This document shows, piece by piece, positions 8,967 through 17,732 of a DNA stretch of 64,000 nucleotides (positions are counted from its first letter, which is position 1; the number at the start of each line of letters is the position of its first letter). The translations under genes were made by a program, and so were the position numbers. The notes below the pieces were generated by a model. That model had not been told where the DNA came from. It did no database searches and saw only the letters and a program-made list of their open reading frames with translations. Source of the DNA: Dehalococcoidia bacterium (lineage in GTDB: Bacteria > Chloroflexota > Dehalococcoidia > Lucifugimonadales > VXLM01); the NCBI GenBank assembly GCA_963662435.1, contig OY759598.1:1706507-1770506 (forward strand), given 5' to 3'.

Positions 8967-9998
8967 TCAAGGATAGAGGGCTAGTTCCTCCAGGCCAAGC
9001 TGCTCGGGCATCCCGAACATGATGTTCATATTCTGCACAGCCTGTCCGGCAGCGCCCTTGACGAGGTTGTCGATGCAGCCGACGGCGATGAGGCGTCCGG
9101 TGGTCTGGTCGACGGTGGGGAAGATGCGACAGTCATTGTTGCCGAGGGTCTGCTTGGTTGCAGGCGGCTCGTCGGTAATGTGGACGAATGGGTGGTCGTC
9201 GTAGTAGTCGCGGTAGAGGTCCGTGAGACGGGCCTGTCCTTTGGGGCCTGAGAATGACTCCCCTGCCCTGAGCCTGGCGTAGCAGCTTGCGAGGATGCCG
9301 CGTGTCATCGGGATGAGGTGAGGGAGGAAGGTAACTTCCACCGGGCCGACACCGTCGAGGCGGCTCAGCTCCTGCCGGATTTCCGGCATGTGGCGATGAC
9401 CGCCCACCTTGTATGCCTTGACACTCTCGTTCACCTCGGAGAACAGGAATCCAACGTCAACGCTTCTGCCGGCGCCGGAGACGCCGGACTTGGCGTCGAC
9501 GATGATGTCGGACTCGATGAGCCCCGCGGCGGCGACGGGTGCGAGGCCGAGGATCGAGGGCGTTGGAAAACATCCCGGATTGGCCACGAGGCGCGCTCCG
9601 GCGACCTCGTCGCGGTGCAGTTCGGGCAGGCCGTAGACGGCGTCCTCGACGTGTGAGGGGTACGGGTGCTCGCCGTACCAGTCCTCATATTCGCCGAGGT
9701 CCTTGAGGCGGTAGTCGGCGCTGATATCGATGGCCCTGACGCCGCTCTCGATGAAAGGGGCGAGTCGCTCGGCGCTGGCCTGGTGCGGCAGTGCTGAGAA
9801 GACGACGTCGACGCTCTCGGTCACGTCCTCAGTGATGGTGAGATCGACCGCCGAGAGGTGGGGGAAGACGTCGCCGAGCCTCTGCCCGACGGTGCTACGA
9901 CCGGTGACCGTTGTGATCTCGGCTTCGGGGTGTCGCGACAGGATGCGGGCAAGCTCGATGCCGGAGTATCCCGTGACGTTGATTATGCCTACTTTCAC
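8967..9998 (-). CDS. argC: N-acetyl-gamma-glutamyl-phosphate reductase
   Basis: VTGYSG, ALPH, IDISADYRL, YGLPE, VANPGCFPT, SGVSGAG, HRHMPEI, DNLVKGAAGQAVQNMN; likely GTG start at 9998. Confidence 0.97.
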   Translation of the reverse strand: MKVGIINVTGYSGIELARILSRHPEAEITTVTGRSTVGQRLGDVFPHLSAVDLTITEDVTESVDVVFSALPHQASAERLAPFIESGVRAIDISADYRLKDLGEYEDWYGEHPYPSHVEDAVYGLPELHRDEVAGARLVANPGCFPTPSILGLAPVAAAGLIESDIIVDAKSGVSGAGRSVDVGFLFSEVNESVKAYKVGGHRHMPEIRQELSRLDGVGPVEVTFLPHLIPMTRGILASCYARLRAGESFSGPKGQARLTDLYRDYYDDHPFVHITDEPPATKQTLGNNDCRIFPTVDQTTGRLIAVGCIDNLVKGAAGQAVQNMNIMFGMPEQLGLEELALYP

Positions 9999-10086
9999 CT
10001 GAAGCCCCCTGGGCAGTCGCGACCGTGGGGAAAGTATACCTGCCACAGGGCGGGTCGCTCAAGGTAAAGGGGGTGACTCCCAGCCC

Positions 10087-11670
10087 CTACTTCCCTTCTC
10101 GTATGAAGTCGGAGACGCGTTCGGCGATGGCGAGGGTGGTGGCGTTGGTGTTGGCGCGGATGCAGTCGGGCATGATGGAGGCGTCGACGACGCGGAGGGC
10201 GTCGAGGCCGTGTACGTGTCCGTACTGGTCGACGACTGCCATGTCGTCGGAGGCGGGACCCATCCTGCAGGTGCCGGATACGTGATGGCTGGTGCTGACG
10301 GTCCTCTTCATCCATGCGTCGAGGCTGTAGTCGGATTTCAGATCGGCGTCGGTCGGGTCGAAGCGCTCCAGCAGCAATTCCCTGTATTGAGGGTGATTGG
10401 CGAGCTCGAGGGAGATGCGGACTCCCTCCCTCATTCGCGAGCGGTCGAACGGTTCGGCCAGGAGGTTGTAGTCCAGCCTGGGCTGGATACGGTAGTCGTC
10501 GCACCGGAGCTCAAGACTGCCGGAGCTAACGGCGAGATCGAGGCAGACGACCATGCTGACTCCGAGTTCCGTATGCTCATCGATAACGGGCGGAACGGGA
10601 GGCACCACACTGAACGAAGAGGGGTGAATCAGCATATCGTTGCGCAGATGCGACCCAGTGGCCGTGTACCGGAGGGTGGTCTGGATGCCCGCCCTGGAAG
10701 TATCGGGGCGATAGTCCTTCCGCGTTCGCCAATCCACCGCCACGTGTGGATGGTCGCGCAGATTGCGTCCAACACCGGGCGTGTCCTGAACGACGTTGAC
10801 TCCCATCTTGTCCAGGTGACTGGCAGGACCAACGCCCGACAGCATGAGAAGGTGGGGAGAACCGATGGCTCCACCGGCGAGTATGACCTCGTCGGCGTGG
10901 TATTCGGCGGCCTGCCCATCGGACTCGACCTCCACGCCGACTGCCCGCCGTCCTTCGAACAGGACTTTCCGTGACTGCGTGAGGGGAGAGATCGTCAGGT
11001 TGGGACGGTCGCGGGCAGCATTAAGGTAGCCCATCGCGGTGCTCCACCTGACGCCGTCGATGCTGTTGAGCGGCGTGGGGCCAACCCCCGTGGAGTCGGG
11101 GTCGTTGTGGTCGGGACAGTCGGGGAATCCGTAAGCGAGACAGGCAAGGTGAAAGGCCTGCTGGTCCTGATTCAACTGTTCCCTGGAAAACCGCTTCACT
11201 GGAATGGGGCCATCCGAGCCGTGGAAGTCTCCGGCGAAGTCGAGGTCGGTCTCAAAGCGGCGGAAGTATGGCAGGAGCTTCTGGAAGCTCCACTCGTCGT
11301 TGCCCCTTGCGGCCCAGCCGTCATAGTCCTCCGGCGCGCCGCGAAGGAGTATCTGGGCGTTCACCGCGCTTGATCCGCCGGTCACGCGTCCTCGCGGGAC
11401 AAGGCGAGCCGGCGCCTCGTCCGTGTACCTTGCGACGAATGCCTGTACGTTCTCGGTGATGTATGAAAAGGGGAACGGTCTGCGAGGGCCGTACCCGTAC
11501 TTGACTTCGTCGGGCAGGGTGTCCGGGTCGGGGTAGTCCGGCCCAGCCTCGATGAGAAGGACGGAGCGGTCGGCGTCCTCCGTGAGCCGTGCGGCCAGAA
11601 TGGAGCCGGCAGAACCGGCCCCGACGATTATGGTGTCGTGTGTCTGCACTGTGGTATCCAACCTGAGCAT
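10087..11670 (-). CDS. GMC family oxidoreductase (choline dehydrogenase/MftG-like)
   Basis: IVGAGSAG, RGRVTGGSSAVN, GVGRNLRDH, SHHVSGTCRMG, LRVVDASIMP, NTNA. Confidence 0.92.
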   Translation of the reverse strand: MLRLDTTVQTHDTIIVGAGSAGSILAARLTEDADRSVLLIEAGPDYPDPDTLPDEVKYGYGPRRPFPFSYITENVQAFVARYTDEAPARLVPRGRVTGGSSAVNAQILLRGAPEDYDGWAARGNDEWSFQKLLPYFRRFETDLDFAGDFHGSDGPIPVKRFSREQLNQDQQAFHLACLAYGFPDCPDHNDPDSTGVGPTPLNSIDGVRWSTAMGYLNAARDRPNLTISPLTQSRKVLFEGRRAVGVEVESDGQAAEYHADEVILAGGAIGSPHLLMLSGVGPASHLDKMGVNVVQDTPGVGRNLRDHPHVAVDWRTRKDYRPDTSRAGIQTTLRYTATGSHLRNDMLIHPSSFSVVPPVPPVIDEHTELGVSMVVCLDLAVSSGSLELRCDDYRIQPRLDYNLLAEPFDRSRMREGVRISLELANHPQYRELLLERFDPTDADLKSDYSLDAWMKRTVSTSHHVSGTCRMGPASDDMAVVDQYGHVHGLDALRVVDASIMPDCIRANTNATTLAIAERVSDFIREGK

Positions 11671-11847
11671 TATGGCAGACTGATCCGAGAGCGCAACAGA
11701 GGAGAATGAGATCGATGGACCGCAAGGTCGAGCGGTTTTCTATCGAGACGCTGGGCGAATTGTGGTTGGCGTGGAATCTGGATTCCGGCCTTCGCCGGAA
11801 TGACGGAGGTGGCGGACGGTGGAACTACTCGTGAAGGATCAGCGTGG

Positions 11848-12975
11848 TCATTTCCTCCACACGCGTCCGATTCGGCGCAGGAGGTCCCAGTCCAGTTCGG
11901 CGCCCAAGCCGGGGGACGAAGTCAGGTACAGCCGACCTCCTGATATGCGTTCGGGTGGGGTGAGCAGCGTCGTTCGCCAGTCGGCTTCGTGGACGGCGTG
12001 CTCCAGGGGCATAGCGCCGGGGACGGAGGCGGTGACGTGTGCTCCGATAAGCAGGGAGAGCGGGCCTGAAGGGCTGTGGAGGGATACACGGCCACCCGCG
12101 TCGATAGAGGCCCTGCCGGAACGGGCGGCCACGGCAGCGCCGCCGCAGAACATGACGTCAGGCATGATGACCGAAACCGCGTCCATGGCTATCAGGTCGG
12201 CGAATATTTCCTCGCCGTAGCCCATCTCGCCACCTGCCACGGCCATCGGCACGCGGTCGGCGATTCGGGCGGAGCTTTCGGGGTCTGTATTCGGGCGAAC
12301 GGGCTCCTCAAACCAAGATACGCCTAGTTCAGCAAGGTCCCCGGCGATTGTCACTGCCGACTTGACGTCGAATCGCCCGTGACAGTCGACCATGAGGGTT
12401 ACGCCGCCCCCCACTGCATCCCTGATTGCAGCGACACGTTGGATGCCTGCGTGGGCATTCTGGGCGGCTTCGGCGGAGTCTCCGCCTGGCGAAACCTCGT
12501 CGAACGGGGCGCACTTAACGGCATTGAACCCCTCCCCCACTGCACGTTCGGCGGCCTTCGCGAAGTCGGCAAGTTTGCGCTCGGTTGCGAATAGGCCCCG
12601 GTTGATGTTCGCGTAGAGCGGGACGCTGTCGGCCGGATCTCCGCTTAGAGCCTCAGTGAGGGTTATCCCGTCCTCGATGGCCTGAATTATCGAGATTCCG
12701 GTTCGCAGTGCGCTCACGGCGGTGGCCAGTGACAGGTCGCCGTTCAAGCGGTGGTCGTCCAAGTTCAAGATGCGGGGAACGTCGGTCTCGGAGTCTATGG
12801 ATTTGCCGTCCAGAAACTCCAGCTGCCCCGCAATGAGGGAGGCGACATCCCCGGGGCCGGTAATCTCAACGTCGGCGTAGGCGCCATTTTGGGCGCGAAG
12901 GCGGGCGAATGTCCATTCCGTCCACGGCGTTACTTCTACTACCGCGAACTCCGCGCACTCGAAGCGCACGGGCAT
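11848..12975 (-). CDS. Mandelate racemase/galactonate dehydratase-like enolase-superfamily protein
   Basis: YANINR, KCAPF, metal ligands in DCHGR, WFEEP and AGGE; HSPSGP; PGLG. Confidence 0.88.
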   Translation of the reverse strand: MPVRFECAEFAVVEVTPWTEWTFARLRAQNGAYADVEITGPGDVASLIAGQLEFLDGKSIDSETDVPRILNLDDHRLNGDLSLATAVSALRTGISIIQAIEDGITLTEALSGDPADSVPLYANINRGLFATERKLADFAKAAERAVGEGFNAVKCAPFDEVSPGGDSAEAAQNAHAGIQRVAAIRDAVGGGVTLMVDCHGRFDVKSAVTIAGDLAELGVSWFEEPVRPNTDPESSARIADRVPMAVAGGEMGYGEEIFADLIAMDAVSVIMPDVMFCGGAAVAARSGRASIDAGGRVSLHSPSGPLSLLIGAHVTASVPGAMPLEHAVHEADWRTTLLTPPERISGGRLYLTSSPGLGAELDWDLLRRIGRVWRK

Positions 12976-12977
12976 GT

Positions 12978-14585
12978 CTAGGCCTGACCTCGCCTCAATA
13001 CCCTACCCGGCCTCGCGCCGGTGTGCACTCCCTCATCGACGACCGGCACGCCCTTGACGAGTACGTAGGGTATACCTTCGGCGTACTGGTGCGGGTCTTC
13101 CCACGTGGACCTGTCGATGACCGTGTCGGGATCGAAGACCGCGAGGTCGGCGGTAAGGCCTTCCCTTATGAGGCCGCGGTCCTTCAGATGCAGGCGCTCG
13201 GCGGGGAAGCCGGTCATCTTGTAAATGGCGTTCTCCAGGGTCAGGACGGCGGGCTGTTCCCGGACGTAGCGGCCGAGTATGCGTGGGTAGGTGCCATAGA
13301 AGCGTGGATGCGGGAGGGCGTTCTTGTACGGGCCGTACGGGGACACCGCCCTGCCGTCGGAGCCGATCATTGCGAGATCGTGGCCCATGAAGTAGCGGAC
13401 ATCATCCTCCACGCGGTTGTGAACACGGGTCGGGACGGAGCCATTCTCCTCGTGCAGCATTTGCAGGACGGCCTCTGCCGGCTCGACGCCTCGTTCCTCC
13501 GCGATCTCCAAGACGTTCATGCCTACGCAATGACGGTTAGCATCAGATTCGATATAGGAGACGTACCACGTCTCCCATTGCGGCGACAGACCTCCGAGTC
13601 CGGCTCTGACTTCGTCTCGAATCTGCGTCCTCGTTTCCGGGTCGCTGAGGCGGGCCATGAAGTTCGCGATGCCGCCTTCCTGCGCCCAGAGGGGGACGAG
13701 CTGGTTGTAGCCCGCACCGGCGGCGGTGTAGGGATACATGTCGTAGGTAACATCCAGTCCGCCCTCGCGCGCCTTTACGAAAGGTTCCGTCAGCGTCTCG
13801 CCCTGACCGTACACGCGACGGTCGGTTATGGCCAGATGAGAGAACTGCACGGGTATGTCGGCACGCTGTCCTATCTCAACGGCCTCATTGATGGCCGACA
13901 TGTGGAGTCCGTTGCCCACCCTTGCGTGGGTGGCGTAGAAGGCCCCCTCGTAGTGACGGATCGAAGCGCAGAGCTCGACGATGTCGTCGGTGGTGCCGTA
14001 CGCCGAAGGAGCGACGGAGAGTCCTGTCGACAGCGAGAACGCGCCCATCTCCATGGCTTCGGCAGCGAGGCGCTTCATTTCGCGGAACTCGTCCGGGGTT
14101 GCGGGCCTGTCCTCAACTGCGCCGGACGAAATCTGGAGGCCGGAGTGTCCAAGCTGCGGGGCTACGTTTATGCTTATCCCGTTGGACTCCATCGCATTGG
14201 CCCAGTCGTCGAGGGAATACCACTCCCACTTGACGTTGCCGATGAGAGTCCTGCCAATGTTTTTCTGCAACGCCTCGGGGCCACCCTTCCCGGCAGGCCA
14301 GGGGGTGTAGCTGCAGTTTCCGGTGACCTCGGTGGTCACGCCCTGGTGGGCCTTGCTCTCGCCGCCGGGGTCGTCGAGCAGGGTGATGTCGGAGTGCGAA
14401 TGCATGTCGATGAAGCCCGGAGCCACGACGTGGCCCGTGGCGTCGATGCGACGCGACGTTTCGGCGTGGGCGAGTGCGCCGATGGCCTCGATGCGGCCGT
14501 TGGTGATGCCGACGTCGGCATTGAAGCGTGGCTCGCCGGTGCCGTCCACGACTGTGCCGTTTTGTATGAGGGTGTCGAATGCCAT
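12978..14585 (-). CDS. N-acyl-D-amino-acid deacylase (D-aminoacylase) family amidohydrolase
   Basis: ATG 14585 after GGAGG; VVDGTG, APGFIDMHSHSD, QGVTTEVTGNC, DMYPY, GSDG, HPRFYGTYPR. Confidence 0.93.
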   Translation of the reverse strand: MAFDTLIQNGTVVDGTGEPRFNADVGITNGRIEAIGALAHAETSRRIDATGHVVAPGFIDMHSHSDITLLDDPGGESKAHQGVTTEVTGNCSYTPWPAGKGGPEALQKNIGRTLIGNVKWEWYSLDDWANAMESNGISINVAPQLGHSGLQISSGAVEDRPATPDEFREMKRLAAEAMEMGAFSLSTGLSVAPSAYGTTDDIVELCASIRHYEGAFYATHARVGNGLHMSAINEAVEIGQRADIPVQFSHLAITDRRVYGQGETLTEPFVKAREGGLDVTYDMYPYTAAGAGYNQLVPLWAQEGGIANFMARLSDPETRTQIRDEVRAGLGGLSPQWETWYVSYIESDANRHCVGMNVLEIAEERGVEPAEAVLQMLHEENGSVPTRVHNRVEDDVRYFMGHDLAMIGSDGRAVSPYGPYKNALPHPRFYGTYPRILGRYVREQPAVLTLENAIYKMTGFPAERLHLKDRGLIREGLTADLAVFDPDTVIDRSTWEDPHQYAEGIPYVLVKGVPVVDEGVHTGARPGRVLRRGQA

Positions 14586-14653
14586 GGGGGGCCTCCTATG
14601 GGGCGTAGGTTGTTCTGCAGATACGTCGCGCATGCCATGGGCGGGTTTGAAAC

Positions 14654-16085
14654 CATCTGCTCCAACTAATTCACTTTCGGGGTATTTGCGGGACGTTTGA
14701 AGCATTTGCGGTTAGCGTATCTAGGGGTGCGTGTGAGCACAAGTTCAGGTGGTGCAGGCAGTATTGTCTCGTCGGGTATGTTTGGGGTGTGAATGCGGGT
14801 TCTGCGGGAAGGTCGAATGAAGCCTAGATCACGCCCTCGCTCCACGAATATCTTCACGGGATCCCTGCCTTCATAGGCATACTGTGGCGCATACTCAACC
14901 AACAGGCTGATGGACACCTCGAACGGGTCCACCCCGGCTCTGTGAGCTATCTCAAGCCTCAGCGACTGCAGGATTTGCGAGATAATCAACGTCGCCCATA
15001 TCTGCTGGTAAATCACCACATGCTTGGAAGACCACAGAAGGCGCAGCTTCAGATGTTGCTTGATCAGCTTGAACGCCATCTCGATGTCCCACCTGCGAGC
15101 GTAGACCTCGGCCATCGATGAGATCGGGAACGTATGTGGCTCAAGAACGTTGGTGATGTAGCGTCGCATGGTACTGCCCTGTCTGAAGGTCACCAGCCGA
15201 ACGGCGTATTTGGCCCGATCAGCGCGGTAGGCTCCCAGCCACACAATGCCGTCAAACACCTCGCCCCTCTGATAGAAGGTGTGTACGACCTTGTAGCTGG
15301 TCTTTGCTCTCAATCTGCTCAGCCAATAGACATCCCTTTCTGTGAGCCAGTCAAACCAGGCGAAGCCGAAGTAACCAAGGTCTGCCAACACCAGTGTTCC
15401 GGCTGGCAGGTCTTGTGCCAACTCCCGTGCCGACACCTTCTCGTTCTGTTGGGGATTCGGATGAAGCTTGACGGTCCGCCACTGCTGTCGTCTCACGTCG
15501 AACACGCCTGCCAGCTTGCCAGGCAGCAGACGAGTGTCGCCTTTGGGGATTCTTCTCAGAGGAGGAAGCCTTCTCGACATGGCGTCCAGGGTACTTTCGT
15601 CTATGGAGACCACCTGCTTGGCGAACGGCGCCAGTTGCTCAGATGCCAAACCCTGTAATCGTTCTGTCAATACGCTGCTGATGTGCTTGAAGAGTCTCTC
15701 GAACGGCTCAGGTCCCGCGTCGTGGAGCCGTTTGTAGACCGCTTGGTCGGTAACGGGAAATCGGGGGAAGAACCACAGTCCGTGCTCGGAGATAAGACGC
15801 CATACGGCCAGTTGGCTTTCAAAGCCTCTCAAGACACAGACCAGCAGTCCGGCCCACAGAGCCATGGCAGGCAGAATGCGGGGCCTGCCAGGGCCCTTGT
15901 CGTTGTGATCTGGCTCCATGTCCTCCAAACACTGCTGGAGAAACTCCTCTATATTCCCGACCGTGTCTGGGTCGTCGTCGGTCTTGGTCGACATTACGAA
16001 GCTCCTCCTGGCGAGTAGTCATATCCTTTTACTACTCAGAGGAGTACTATCCAAAGGCAAAAACGGTAATTAGTTGGAGCAATTG
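14654..16085 (-). mobile_element. Complete IS4-family insertion sequence, 1432 bp
   Basis: TIRs CATCTGCTCCAACTAATT (14654-14671) and AATTAGTTGGAGCAATTG (16068-16085), 16/18 match; 9-bp TSD GTTTGAAAC at 14645-14653 and 16086-16094. Confidence 0.93.
14666..15994 (-). CDS. IS4-family DDE transposase
   Basis: SIDES, LADLGY and the Y..RWDIEMAFK (YREK) signature; GGAGG RBS; stop codon lies inside the TIR. Confidence 0.95.
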   Translation of the reverse strand: MSTKTDDDPDTVGNIEEFLQQCLEDMEPDHNDKGPGRPRILPAMALWAGLLVCVLRGFESQLAVWRLISEHGLWFFPRFPVTDQAVYKRLHDAGPEPFERLFKHISSVLTERLQGLASEQLAPFAKQVVSIDESTLDAMSRRLPPLRRIPKGDTRLLPGKLAGVFDVRRQQWRTVKLHPNPQQNEKVSARELAQDLPAGTLVLADLGYFGFAWFDWLTERDVYWLSRLRAKTSYKVVHTFYQRGEVFDGIVWLGAYRADRAKYAVRLVTFRQGSTMRRYITNVLEPHTFPISSMAEVYARRWDIEMAFKLIKQHLKLRLLWSSKHVVIYQQIWATLIISQILQSLRLEIAHRAGVDPFEVSISLLVEYAPQYAYEGRDPVKIFVERGRDLGFIRPSRRTRIHTPNIPDETILPAPPELVLTRTPRYANRKCFKRPANTPKVN

Positions 16086-16238
16086 GTTTGAAACCCTCCC
16101 CTACCGAGATTTGCCCGACCTTCATTGCTTGTAGCGCTATCAGGGGCCATTCACCCTCTCCCCAACCCTCTCCCGCGAACGAGAGAGGGGGTTAGGGGAA
16201 GGTCTTGGTAAGCGGGGAGTCCAACATCCCCAAAGCGC

Positions 16239-16946
16239 CTATGCGAAGATTCCGAGTGGGTTGAGGGAGCGCGGAACGTCGGTGACGTCCATCTCTTCCT
16301 TCTTCTTCATGTAGTTGATGACGGCGTAGGTGAGCGGTGTGGCGACGGTCTCGTAGAGGATCTTTGTGATCCACTGAGCGACCGCGGCCTGGAGGAGTCC
16401 CTGTGCGCTCCAGTCGCTGCCGATGCCGAATGCGATGTAGATGAAGATGAAGGAGTCGAGCCCCTGCCCCACTACGGTCGAGCCGATGGTCCGGACGAAG
16501 AGCTTTCGCCCTTGCATCTTGAACTTGAGCAGGGCCAGCACCGTGGAGTTGGAGAACTCCCCAATGAGGTAGGCGATGAAGGATGCCACGAGAATCCAGG
16601 GCACCTGGCCGAGGATGGTGTCGTAAGCTTCCTGGTCTCCCCAGAATCCGGCGGCGGGAATGAGGCCGCCGAGCCAGAGGGCGATGACCACCAGAAGGTT
16701 GGCCCCGAATCCCAACCAGATGACTCCGCGGGCTATTCGGAAGCCGTATACCTCGGTCAGTACGTCTCCAACGATGTAGCTGATGGGAAAGATGATGATC
16801 GAGGCCGGAATAACTACCGACTTGCTGCCGATAAACTCGAACGGCAGGTTAATGAGTTCTATGGGCTTCACCGCTATGATGTTGGACGTTATCAAAACGG
16901 CAACGAATACGGTGACGACGATGATGAATGTGCCGGTGAATCGCAT
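16239..16946 (-). CDS. yhhQ: Queuosine precursor transporter (YhhQ/VUT family)
   Basis: SNIIAVK, FPISYIVGDVLTEVYG, ASFIAY, RTIGSTVVGQGLDS, K..YE...TPL.Y. Confidence 0.9.
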   Translation of the reverse strand: MRFTGTFIIVVTVFVAVLITSNIIAVKPIELINLPFEFIGSKSVVIPASIIIFPISYIVGDVLTEVYGFRIARGVIWLGFGANLLVVIALWLGGLIPAAGFWGDQEAYDTILGQVPWILVASFIAYLIGEFSNSTVLALLKFKMQGRKLFVRTIGSTVVGQGLDSFIFIYIAFGIGSDWSAQGLLQAAVAQWITKILYETVATPLTYAVINYMKKKEEMDVTDVPRSLNPLGIFA

Positions 16947-17011
16947 ACTTGCTCCTTTCCAACTTCAATAAGTAGGGGCGCTTTCTTAGGAGGTGCCAAA
17001 GGCGAGTGGTC

Positions 17012-17545
17012 TTAGCTCAATTCGCTCTCACCTCCCTCCAGAACGCAGACATCCCGAAGGTTCCGATACGCGCCGTCGTAGTCCATGCCGTAGCCGACTA
17101 CGAACACGTCCGGCACCTCGAACCCGACGTACGTCGCATCGACGTCATGGGTCCGGCGTGAGGGCTTGTCCAGCAGCGCGCAAATGTTGACCGACTCCGC
17201 GCCCAGTTCCAGCAGCCTCTCGCCCAATACCGCGCATGTCGCCCCGGTATCTACGATGCCCTCGACAATCAGGACTTGCCGACCCTCGATCCGGTCACGG
17301 AGAGGCAGCCAGCTGACGGTCACCTCGCCTCCCTCGGTCCCGTCATACCTTCGCATCCGCACCGTCGTCACATCCACCGGCTGCGCGAAGGCCCTCATCA
17401 AGTCCGACAGGAAGCAGACCGCCCCATCCATCGCGCCGACCAAGATCAGCCTTGAAAGATTGTGGTTCTCGCTGACCTTGCCCGCAAGTCTTTCAACCGC
17501 GTGGGCTATCTCCCGTTCGGAGATCAGAACGTCGCCCAGGTGCAT
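17012..17545 (-). CDS. hpt: Hypoxanthine phosphoribosyltransferase-like protein with divergent active site
   Basis: VLIVEGIVDTG, LLDKPSRR and FVVGYGMDY...RNL; canonical LKG, SSY and ED positions are altered. Confidence 0.8.
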   Translation of the reverse strand: MHLGDVLISEREIAHAVERLAGKVSENHNLSRLILVGAMDGAVCFLSDLMRAFAQPVDVTTVRMRRYDGTEGGEVTVSWLPLRDRIEGRQVLIVEGIVDTGATCAVLGERLLELGAESVNICALLDKPSRRTHDVDATYVGFEVPDVFVVGYGMDYDGAYRNLRDVCVLEGGESELS

Positions 17546-17580
17546 AGTCCTCTCTCAGAGTCCGGTCGGGGTGTCGCGGC

Positions 17581-17609
17581 ATTGTATAGTCCAAAATCGG
17601 GTAGGACAA
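17581..17609 (-). promoter_or_regulatory. Putative sigma70 promoter for hpt-yhhQ
   Basis: Minus strand: TTGTCC-17 bp-TACAAT. Confidence 0.5.
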
Positions 17610-17732
17610 GAGCAAGTCTAGTACAAGGTTGGGACGTGTTTAGGACATTTTGAGCGGGGTGCGAAAACGCTCAGATGGAAAGGAGGCTGGGCGACAAAAC
17701 GATGAGGACGAGTGTGATCGAAACCCGCCGCC

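Noticed and set aside
12909..14669. Long antisense ORFs (also 187-993, 3453-4823, 36855-38063, 44616-46232)
   Set aside because: Shadow frames opposite well-supported genes, as expected in high-GC DNA.
16947..17011. preQ1 riboswitch upstream of yhhQ
   Set aside because: No recognisable preQ1 stem-loop with A-rich tail; an Infernal/Rfam scan would be needed to exclude it fully.
17630..17651. Third copy of the GGACAT phased motif
   Set aside because: Only two weak units and no GTAAT/GAAAG flank.
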